A stretch of 63,620 nucleotides of DNA, filler included, from Nemertoderma westbladi (lineage: Eukaryota > Animalia > Xenacoelomorpha): the NCBI GenBank assembly GCA_032718475.1. It is 4 parts of 4 records of this genome, joined end to end, with 100 filler letters (N's around TTAATTAATTAA, not from the genome) between each part and the next. Parts side by side here need not be neighbours in the genome. Positions count along the whole stretch, not along the records: positions 1 to 28,503 come from JAUCBJ010004930.1; 3 more parts are not named here. The stretch is one strand, 5' to 3'. The translations under genes and the position numbers were made by a program. Below, piece after piece: positions 12,807 to 22,850 of this stretch (its first letter is position 1; each line of letters opens with the position of its first letter). The notes under the pieces are model-generated. The model saw only the letters and a list, made by a program, of their open reading frames with translations, was not told where the DNA came from and made no database searches.

Positions 12807-15331
12807 ATGGACTCAAATCGCCAAATTCTCGGCGAATTACGTAACACTCTCGATTTACTGGAATATCCACAGCCTGGATCTCCGAACTTTGATACGAAAT
12901 GGAACGCCCTGATAACAGAGAATGTGCGAATCATTAAATTCTCCGGGCAAGAGGAACCGGATTCCCGTAATCTACGAGAGCTCCGGTTGTCTGATGCTAG
13001 TACGAGCCTGAAAAGAACTCGGAACGCAAAGGCAACCGGATGAGCGGAGTTGTCGTTCTGGGAAACGTTCCGGCGAAGCGTCTACAAATCCCAGTGTTTG
13101 ATATACGACAACGAGGGAAACGCGACGCCCACTTGGAAAGCGAGTACGTTGGCGCGATGCCAAAGTTTCATCGACGACAAGAGTACATACCTCACACACT
13201 GGGGAAACCTAGCGGAAGGTACAACGACGCTACGAGAGGAGCGTATATTGGTCATCCAGAACCGCGATGACTACCAGGAGAAGTATGGGACGAAGGAATA
13301 CGGTCGATCATTTGTCGTCGTCCTCGGAACCCCAGATGGTCTAGTGTTAATATGTCGGATCTTCCCGACACCCAAGCAGGAGGTGCGGACATCCAGAGCG
13401 ATCTGGTTATTACCACCGGAGATCCAACAGATCCTATTCGATTTCGATGTTATCAAGATTGGGTCGGATATAAAGGCGGATATCCGGAATGACTACACCA
13501 ACGCTTCCTTTGGAAGAAACCGACGAGAAGACCTCAGCGCCATTAGTCATTTCATCGACACCCAAACCCTGTTAGCCTGGTTGCGATCCACGGAATTCAT
13601 GCGTGGATTCTGGGAGGTGAGACCGACGAAATCCGGTATCGGCTACCTCGCGGTGCTTAACGGCGGTATAGACTTTAAACCTCAGAAATTCCTGGACTAT
13701 AACAAGATATATGGCGCACACTCGGAATTAGAGATAACGAATGAGCGAGAGAATCGTTGGAGGGACGTAGAAAGAAAATGGACGATCCACCAGAAATGGG
13801 AGAATCCGGATCGACGTAACTATATCTACGTCGTAATGGAATCATATACTGTTGCTAAGTTCATCTGCAAGACTCTCGATAAACTCATTAATGCGGTTCC
13901 TAGATCCTTTATCGACTATGAGTGGAACGAAGTTATCGACCACGCGTTCAAAGCGGTAGAGAATATTCCACCGGGAGATACGAAAACGCTCAACGTCATC
14001 GCATCCTGGGATGATAACGGACTGTTCGACATCCCTACGATAGTTGATCTCCTCGGTGCAGAGGAACCACTGATATCATCGGATGGGGAGGAATTATGGC
14101 TACAGGAAGGTGTCCTGCTGTCCACCCCAAAGCGACAACTCGATCCGGAAGTCGCTTACAGACCAGCCGCCAAACGGGTCGCCATGGCCGAACCTGCAAC
14201 GGAGGCAAGCGTAACCACCCCGCTTGGCTCCGGCAGTCCTGCCAGAGAGCTAGTAACCACCTACGCGCTTAGCGACTTCGGCGACACATGTCAGAGGTTG
14301 TCTCCATATCCGTTCCCGGGGGGAGAAGACTGGTCTTCGGAGATCTCGAGCACCAGCACCCAGCGGACCCGCTCAGCTATACAGGTGACGAAGGGTCCCA
14401 GCGTTGCTCCAACCCCTGTAGACCTCCTCAGAATTCCTCCGGCGAACGCCCCGGTACCCCTTCGCCGACCGGCTGTGGCGACGGCCCCCTCCGTTCCACA
14501 AGACCCTATGCGACTTACCCGATGGTACGCCGAACAAACCGAGTGGATCCACCGCCAGAAACGGGCTCCCGGGATGCGACCGGCAGGCTATAAGGAAGGT
14601 TATCGTAGCGAGAACATACTCCGCCAAAGCCCAGCACTCCGCGGGCTACCGGCTACTGCAAGTATCCTCAAAGTGACCGACGGCTGGAGTATTACGCCGG
14701 CATACCAATCCCCATATTCTTTGGCCGGGAGATGCAACTGGAGGTATGCGGAAACTGCGGTTCGGAACAGTGTCCACGCGGGTCCACGCTAAATCGGGTT
14801 ACCGATTCGTGCCTCCAGCTCCTTGGGATACTTTACTGCCCCTATTGCGCGATATCGGGCCACGATGTTTTGGTTTATCCTACCCTTTACAACCTTTGCA
14901 CAAAATGCGGTTTCCGTGGACATTCAGCGAGCCCCCGTTGTAACATAAAGTGTCCTACTAAGGACGTAACAGCTATGGGAAATATGGTTATGTTTGAAAC
15001 CTACGCCAATAACCACGTAAAGACCAAATTGCATAGAAGTGCTCGCAATATCGCGCAAGAGATGGCGTGCGGGTACTTCTCGTTCCCAGAACGCCTCCAT
15101 ACGGCAGCGACACTACCATTCCATTATGTGGATCTACTATTGAGCGCTGGACTATTCGGTCCCTTCGAGATCCTCAGGCGCTTATACTCCTACAAAGAAG
15201 AATTCGGTGACGGAAAGTGGTTTCTAGAGGCTACTACTAGGATCGGCATGCTTCATTGCAGCTGCATTTTTAAGAATGCTGTGCCGGCTTGTCAACAAAA
15301 TTGCACCGCCACAACTCCCTATTACCCATGA
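12807..15331 (+). pseudogene. Extra (env-position) ORF of element A: DEDDy-type 3'-5' exonuclease-like domain, Pro/Ser linker, CCHC zinc knuckles
   Basis: 12807-13043 and 13050-14792 share a frame (one TGA between them). Motifs LIYDNEG, LPPEIQQILFDFDVIKIGSDIKADI, FIDTQ, W..YIYVVMES. After a frameshift: CGNC, CPYCAISGH, CTKCGFRGHSASPRC. Splice acceptor TATTCTGCAG|G ending at 12735. Confidence 0.7.
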
Positions 15332-15570
15332 CATTTGCTAGATCATCCGCATCTTTAAGGCCAGTGTCCTTTAAGATGCGTCTCAAGAAAGTCATGGGCT
15401 GTCCACCATGCTTATTCACTCCATGAGGCTGCCAAAGTACAAGATTATGCACTGGCTGGTCCTCACGGCGAAAGCAATGTCCTGCAAAGCGGAGGCGATT
15501 TTGTTCTAGTGTCAAGCTTGGGGGAACCAATGAGACACCTCCAATGTTATATAGTGTCTGGTTGGAGATG
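15262..15570 (-). mobile_element. 5'-truncated non-LTR retrotransposon (RTE-like) 3' end inserted in element A
   Basis: RLRFAGHCFRREDQPVHNLVLWQP...GGQPMTF...NRELWR is a typical RTE-type ORF C-terminus; boundaries approximate. Confidence 0.75.
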
Positions 15571-15939
15571 TGTGCATTGTACTTGGAGAGACGGAGTTGG
15601 AGAGACGGACGGACATGATCCCGCTACCATCCAAAGGAAGGGCCGCCAGGAGACAAGCCGCAGCGATGCTCGCGATGGACGTTGACGCTCGCCTACCTAC
15701 ACTGGCGATCGACGAGAGTAGACGGGCGAAGAGAAGGAAAGTGTATCAGAGTAATAAATAGAAGACCAGGATATTCCAGATACATTTTTATCGAACATTT
15801 ATTTTTATATTTACATAAACTAACTCAAGGAAAAATTGATCAGGACTATGCAATATTAAAATTTGGGTTTTTTATATGGGGAAATGACCTACGCAAACTC
15901 GATCTACCGATAGACCTCATGAAGGTCATTGGGGGGGAC

Positions 15940-17005
15940 TGTTTGCGGTATTTCAACTTTTCATAACGCAAGTTGAATATTTTTCGGATTTATTTAAAAT
16001 GAATATTCCAATATCAATACCGGGTGCGGGAACATGGAATTTGGGTATATTCAATGGACTGGGGGCGATTTACGGGCGAATATTGGGGCGAGGGGTGGGA
16101 GGCAAAATTAAGCAGTACTCAGGTTCACCTGAATACTATTAGGCCTAGCCGACTTCCTGCTGCCTGTAGAGGTGGATTTGGTAACTCGCTAGGCCTAGGG
16201 ACAAGGACTGCCCTTAGCGGTCCCTGGCCAACAGCAGTTATTACGAGCCTGAATAAGGACTCGGAAAGTCTGCTGCTTGTGTCAGGGATTTGCGACGGGA
16301 ACCAACAGACAGATCCTTAGCGGTCCCTGGTCACCGGCAGTTATTACGAGCCTGAATAAGGACTCAGAAAGCTTGCCGACTACGCCAGGGACTTGCGACG
16401 GGTCGACCGACTAAACGGAGGAAGGGTTCGACGAGGACTGCCTTCCTGGAGTGGGTTCCACGACCGGCGTTAGTACGAGACTGAATAAGAACTCGGAAAA
16501 CTACCAACAGTTGGGACTCACGACGGGCTGACAGACCCCTTGCCAAGACGTACCGCTTTCCTGATGACTGATCCCTTCGGGGTTCGGGAAGGGTGGGACG
16601 GACACGCAACGGGGTTGAAAGACAAAGGACCGGACTCCACTGGCCTACCGACTGTTCGGAGCAGCTTCTCGGCTACCGAAGCGACTACGAGCCTGAAAAG
16701 GATTCGGAAAGCTTAGGTGGTTGGGTCCCTGTGATGAACCGACGGACCCCTAGCCAAGCCGTACCGCTTTCCTGATGACCAATCCCTTCGGGGTTCGGGA
16801 AGGGTGGGATGGACACGCAAATGGGTCCACCGACGCGACAGACCCCTAGCCAAGCCGTACCGCTTTCCTGATGACCGATCCCTTCGGGGTTCGGGAAGGG
16901 TGGGACGGACTCGCAACCGGGTCTACCGACTTGACCGACCCTTAGCCAAGCCGTACCACTTTCCTGATGACCAATCCCTTCGGGGTTCGGGAAGGGTGGG
17001 ACGGA
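15940..17005 (+). repeat. 3' LTR of element A (truncated, with extra hairpin units)
   Basis: Follows the PPT, aligns with 2161-~3090, has four rather than two CTGATGA/TTCG units, then runs directly into satellite. Confidence 0.9.
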
Positions 17006-17687
17006 GTATAGTATAGTGTGGAGTATAGTGTGGAGTATATTGTGGAGTATAGTGAGTATAGTATAGTATAGTGTGGAGTATAGTGAGTATAGTATAGTAA
17101 GTATAGTGTGGAGTATAGTGTGGAGTATAGTGAGTATAGTATAGTATAGTGTTGAGTATAGTGTGGAGTATAGTGAGTATAGTATAGTATACTACTACTA
17201 GGTCGAGCGAACTCGGACAGTGGAAATGAGATCCTTCCAGGCTTCCCGATTCTCCATAGTTGTCGCAATTTCGTTTCTCCCAAGTTCAGTATCCCTTTCA
17301 AGTTGATCTATATATGTTATGGCAGGTCGTCCACGACTACGCTTTCCATGAGTTGGTTGCCAGAGAAGTAGATCTGGTATGACCTCGTCTTTACTTCGCC
17401 AGCAGTGCCCACTGAATCTTAATCTGCGTTCACGGAGGGTGGTTGATACAGGTGGTATTGTACCATAAAGCTCTAAATTCTATTGTACCATAAAGTATAG
17501 TATAGTGTGGAGTATAGTGTGGAGTATAGAGTGGAGTATAGTGTGGAGTATAGTGAGTATAGTATAGTATAGTCTGGAGTATAGTGAGTATAGTATAGTA
17601 TAGTGTGGAGTATAGTGTGGAGTATAGTGAGTATAGTATAGTATAGTGTTGAGTATAGTGAGTATAGTATAGTATAGTGTGAAGTAT
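17005..17687. repeat. GTATA compound satellite (two blocks separated by ~300 bp of unique sequence)
   Basis: Same units as 1161-2160. Confidence 0.9.
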
Positions 17688-17929
17688 AAAACTATAATGG
17701 AATGTGGTATGGGGATTACAGCTGTATAATTTTTAAGTATAATTATTTAAATCAAATAGTGGAAAATAATTAATTTCCATTATAAGACTACAGACAAAAT
17801 CTTATACTATAAAATAATTAATTTCCATTATAAGACTACAAACAAAATCTTATACTATAAAATAATGCTGGTTTTTTTTACCATAAATCAACATAATTAA
17901 CTAATTAACGGCTATAATCTTAGCTTCTC

Positions 17930-18117
17930 GAAGGCCACACGGAAATCCAACTTGGAAAATTTCTAAACTTTTACCAAATAACATGTGTACCAAGTTTTGA
18001 TAGATTTCATCGAAGATTGGCCGAGTTATTAACGTTTAAAATTGAACACAACAGACACACCGTTTGAGTTAGTTGTACCCGCATGCTAAGCTCGCTTACT
18101 TTCGTGGCTCGCCCCAC
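17930..18117 (+). repeat. Dispersed repeat ending CTTTCGTGGCTCGCCCCAC (possibly non-autonomous Helitron/Helentron-like)
   Basis: Near-identical copy at ~53580-53850; related ends in reverse orientation at ~47876 and ~49209. The class assignment is tentative. Confidence 0.55.
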
Positions 18118-18786
18118 ATAAACGTCGTAGGCCTAATGCATACCTGTAGCCTAGGCCTACCTGTACTTCTTGCTACTAGTACTAGGTAGGTCTGCCTACC
18201 TGTACTGTATGTTCATTTTTGTTTCATTCAATTCTCAAAGCAGAAATCGCAGAAATGCTGCTATTTCAGTTGGTTAGCAGCATTTTCACTTCACGCAGAA
18301 ATACTACTACCCACAGAGATGCTGCTAACATTTATGTGCGAAGTGAAAATGATACCCATAAAAATTCCAGCATTTCTGCGAGCAGAAACGAGGGAATGGT
18401 CTATCATGCTTAAATGCCACCGGACTAATTAATAATTAATTAGCCAGTATATTTCTGAAAATTATTGTTATCGTGGAAACTAGTTATTGTCATTCAATAG
18501 TTATATTCTATAATCTTAATTAATTGCGAATTTATTTTAAATAAATATAATCTCCAATGTAGAGTAGGTACGGTAGAATATGGTACAGTAGGTAAAAAAA
18601 TATTATATGTTGATTGTTTCTCGCGGGTATTTTATTCGATCCAAGGACATATTTAATGTTCTCTATAAATCCGCATAATTTAATGTTTTATTGATATCCC
18701 ATACAGACACACAGATGTTAATTCAGTAGGTGTTGGAGGACAGGGCTTGGTCAATCACTTTTGGGGCAGTATTTAGATTCATCACC

Positions 18787-19767
18787 ATGCCGCGAACGAT
18801 TGAAAAAAAAGTACTAAATTGCGATAATCGGCCTACATTTATAATTTCCAGGGCAGAAAGAGTTCTTAAAAAAATATACAAAATTAAATACCGTAGTAAA
18901 CTCTATAGTTTAGAACGAAGTATACAAATTTTTGATCCTGATGTTGAAATCGGTTTTAATAATGAAACTTTGTCGCTGGAATGGTATATAGATGGAAAAT
19001 ATGAAACATCAGGAACGATTGTGCAATTCAGTAAGGAAAAAAAGACTTACATTTTAAATGGTAACAAATCATTTATGGGTTTCCAGTATTGGATCAAGAT
19101 AGTGAATGAACTCTTCTATACATGCTACATTCTTTTTGATGACAGTTATGATGTTGAAAACATGCTTCAAGAGCTCAATGACTTAAACGTTGACAAAATT
19201 ATATTGAATTGTGAGGTCTTAGGGGATATAACCATGGAAGATGAAGAGGAACGCGATATACATCCGTTAGGGAAGGACACCGGCCTACCGCCGGTGTCAA
19301 CGGTACCTCGACGTCAAAGAAATTGGCGTCGCGAGGTGGGCTATTTTAGGGATTATAGCTCAAATGGAGCCCAAACAGGGGAGAGTATTAGGCGCCTGGA
19401 AGAAACCAACAGTATTGTTAACCAATCAGGGGAAAGTCATAAGCAACAACATGATATCAGTGACAGTGTTTACCAATCAGATGATAATGTTAGGGGACGA
19501 CAGGAGATCCCTACCAATAATGGTTTTATCAACCAATCAGTGACGGGTGTTGGACGGCGACGATTCAGTGATGCCTTTCCCCGATTGGGAAAGCATTGCG
19601 TGCGCCAAAGAGATAGAGATGGTAGACAAAGTTCGAGCGGAAGTGATAGTAGACCATCAATCGAACAGAGAGATAAGGGGTCAGATGGATGGGGGGATGT
19701 CAGGAGGATTTCGATCAGAAGTAAATTAACTGAAGACCTCAATAAATCGCCCATAACTTATCTGTAA
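18787..19767 (+). CDS. Orphan intronless ORF (~326 aa from the first ATG), unknown function
   Basis: Uninterrupted ~1 kb ORF in AT-rich DNA; CACCATG start context; globular-looking N half and low-complexity charged C half. Confidence 0.4.
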   Translation: MPRTIEKKVLNCDNRPTFIISRAERVLKKIYKIKYRSKLYSLERSIQIFDPDVEIGFNNETLSLEWYIDGKYETSGTIVQFSKEKKTYILNGNKSFMGFQYWIKIVNELFYTCYILFDDSYDVENMLQELNDLNVDKIILNCEVLGDITMEDEEERDIHPLGKDTGLPPVSTVPRRQRNWRREVGYFRDYSSNGAQTGESIRRLEETNSIVNQSGESHKQQHDISDSVYQSDDNVRGRQEIPTNNGFINQSVTGVGRRRFSDAFPRLGKHCVRQRDRDGRQSSSGSDSRPSIEQRDKGSDGWGDVRRISIRSKLTEDLNKSPITYL

Positions 19768-19997
19768 TGTAGGCATGTGCGTTTCTACTGTGTTTAAGCA
19801 AAATGGTATTCTTACCATTAGTAATAGTAAATTAAGTGTTAAACTAGATGTATTTGCTTGTTTCACAGTATAACAATTAGTTAAGCACTATTATGGCTCG
19901 AACACTGCACTTCACTAACAACACCGTCGCTTTATACAGGATATGATCACAATTTAGCTAAACAATCCGACTCCCCGTTGTCCCCAGTGAGTGCCCT

Positions 19998-20106
19998 TGT
20001 AACAGGCTGAGATAACTCCCCACCAAATATGACACCCCAGTCATCTCAGTCTGGGCTGAGATGACTGGGGAGTCATTTCAAGCGGGAGTTATCTCAGCCT
20101 TGTACA
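19998..20106. mobile_element. ~110-bp palindromic MITE-like element with TGT...ACA ends
   Basis: AGGCTGAGATAACTCC...GGAGTTATCTCAGCCT and CCCCAGTCATCTCAG...CTGAGATGACTGGGG arms; imperfect 4-bp flanks CCCT/CTCT. Confidence 0.6.
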
Positions 20107-20543
20107 CTCTCACTCAATCAGGTAAACATTATTCCGGTTCCTGTTCTATTGCTGTCTATTAATTGTCCCCCCTTCCAGTAGTGTTTATATTCTGGTAATC
20201 CTAGTAATTCAACTCTATTATCTGTGTTACAGGTTCGACCTGACCAGAACAGACTCACACAGACTGTAAAGTCTTTGTAAAACTAGAATCTTTTGTGAAT
20301 ATCTAACTTCACCCAGATCTACACCAGTTACTGGTTATTGGATTTACGTCTAGCTCGAATATGGATCCAAGTGGTCCTAGATTAAAACTTAGGCACCACT
20401 GACCATTTTTGAATATATTATTTTTTCGTGTTTTTAAGGTTTTTTGGTGAATGTTCTAGTAGAATGTTCTAGTCCTAGGTCCAATGGTGCCTTATGAATT
20501 ATAGAACCTTGGTAGATATTTTATGGTACTGTAGCTAGTACGG

Positions 20544-21066
20544 TTTTGGTCGACCAACAATTATTTTTTGGTCGACAAATAATTATTTTTTGGTCGACTA
20601 ATAATTATTTTTTGGTCGACAAATAATTCTTTTTTGGTCGACCAATAATTCTTTTTTGGTCGAGAAATAATTCTTTTTTGGTCGACCAATAATTCTTTTT
20701 TGGTCGACCAATAATTCTTTTTTGGTCGACCAATAATTCTTTTTTGGTCGACTAATAATTCTTTTTTGGTCGACCAATAACTATTTTTTGGCCGACCAAT
20801 AATTCTTTTTTGGTCGACCAATAATTCTTTTTTGGTCGAGAAATAATTCTTTTTTGGTCGACTAATAATTCTTTTTTGGTCGACCAATAATTCTTTTTTG
20901 GTCGAGAAATAATTCTTTTTTGGTCGACCAATAATTCTTTTTTGGTCGACCAATAATTCTTTTTTGGTCGAGAAATAATGATTTTTTGGTCGACCAATAA
21001 TTCTTTTTTGGTCGACCAATAATTCTTTTTTGGTCGACCAATAATTCTTTTTTGGTCGACCAATAA
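20544..21066. repeat. 22-bp minisatellite (TTTTTTTGGTCGACCAATAATTC-like unit)
   Basis: About 24 tandem units with a GTCGAC core. Confidence 0.95.
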
Positions 21067-21099
21067 TCCCCCCCCCCCCCCCCCCCCCCCGAATACTAC

Positions 21100-22850
21100 C
21101 TAAATGGTAATAAACTAGAAATTGTCCCCCAATACAAGGACCTTGGAGTCACTTGTTCAAATACATTACTATTTTCCTCCCACTGTTCTAATATCTGCGC
21201 TTCTGCTTCAAGAGTGCTGGCTGTAATGAGGAGAAACTTCACATATTATATGGAGCCACAAATGTTTATCGTGCTATACAAGTCAATTTTACGTCCTATC
21301 CTTGAGTACGCCACTCCAATCTGGTCGTCTTTTCGCCGTTCCAACATCGTGCTACAAAACTGTTTCCATCCTTAAGAAACCTCCCATACCGAGAGCGTCT
21401 GGAGAGGCTTAAACTCCCAACATTAATATGCAGACGAATCCGTTGGCGACCTCATCACAGTGTGGAACCTAACCCATGGCAAGGCGGCCTTTGATTGGAA
21501 ACAACTATTTTCGCTTGTTGTTGACACTCACCACCACAATACTAGAGGAAACTCCCTAAAGCTACACAAACAGCCCCTCAATATAACTGTTCGCGATTTC
21601 AGACCTTTAGCAGTTTAACCTGCCAATTTTAGTTGTCCTCTTGTTTATAAATCGACTTTAGCCTATAACAATTATTTAGTGCACATGAAGTTACATTAGC
21701 CGAAGCCAGTCTATGCGCGATCATTCACCCACTGTTAAGGGAGACTGGATTCGGGTGCTTTGAAAGTTATTGCGGTGCAGACCTACTGTATTATTCGATT
21801 GATCGTTACTATATAATTTCTGACAATATTATTCACTTTCGGGGAAATATTAACAGTTCCTTTAGGACGTGGCGCTTTAAGTATATAAAACAGAGTTATG
21901 ACTTATACTAAACACAACGAGATGGCCACTGAGTTTCGTAAATAGCGCATTCTTTAGGACGTGCTTTATTATCTGTCACACTACTTCACACTGATCTGCC
22001 GACCGTCACTGAATTTGATCATATATAAGGAGGATAGCAACTGACACATGTAGGGATTATGAAATAGCATTTAATTCACACAAAATCACTATAATGTAAG
22101 TCGCAATTGCTACAAGTAACCGGTCCCTCTTACCTTCAGTAATCAAGAAGATTGGGGGTTTTATGATTATTTATCGGTATTCTCCAAATATAACAACATA
22201 TCCATCAATATACAACAATTAATAACAGACAGTAAACAGAAGTAAAATAGTGCAGTGAACAATCAATATATGTTACTTATGCAAGTCAGTTCAGCAGTTT
22301 GGGTTGATATGTGGATTGATAATAGATTTACGTTCTTGTAATCAAAGCCATCTAATGTTTTGGCCAAAGTCTGAAACTTCTACAGAAGCACAGAAGAATT
22401 CTAAGCCGGTGTTCTGAGGCTCAGAAAAGGTAAACAAAGACCGTAATGCATTGCGCGGTTTTCCATAGGCCTCTGTACAAGATAAAATGAAAATCGCTCT
22501 GATTGGCTGAGCGAGCTGAACAAAGAGATGTTCCACGTTTACAGAAAATCAGCTGACAGATTTCGTCATCTGAGCTCCAGTCTTTTAGAGTATTAGGCGC
22601 ATTGCGGCAAAAATGACTTGTTATGTCCGCTAAAACACCTACACGGTACATTGCGGGGAAAAATGACTTGTTATGTCCGCAAAAGCTTTTACAATAACTT
22701 GCTCGTTTGCAAAAACTCATTCGCAAACCGAGTGGTAAACGTCTGGAACCGGTTACCCAATGATGTTGTAACCGCGACCACCATGAATGCTTTTAAAATA
22801 GGGCTCGATCGCTTCATGCCAAATATTATGAACATTTATGACGATTCTCC
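21100..22850 (+). mobile_element. CR1/L2-group LINE 3' fragment interrupted by a family-B solo LTR
   Basis: KDLGVT, RPILEYATPIWS, TRGNSLKL before the insertion; NSFANRVVNVWNRLPNDVV after it. Confidence 0.85.
21588..22693 (-). mobile_element. Solo LTR, family B
   Basis: TGT...ACA; 5-bp TSD ATAAC (21583-21587, 22694-22698). Confidence 0.9.

Larger units (their letters stand above)
2161..17005 (+). mobile_element. BEL/Pao LTR retrotransposon (element A), degenerate, with an extra 3' ORF
   Basis: Direct LTRs starting TGTTCGCGGT (2161) and TGTTTGCGGTA (15940); polypurine tract GGGGGGGA at 15931-15938; gag-PR-RT-RNaseH-IN order with Pao-type motifs; several stops and frameshifts. Confidence 0.95.

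Noticed and set aside
13041-13043. Programmed readthrough of the TGA at the base of the ORF3 hairpin
   Set aside because: The element has many disabling stops, so a point mutation (e.g. CGA>TGA) is simpler; other copies are needed to decide.
20544-21066. CRISPR-like array or coding repeat (ORFs 20561-21063)
   Set aside because: Head-to-tail 22-mers with no unique spacers, eukaryotic context, no cas genes.
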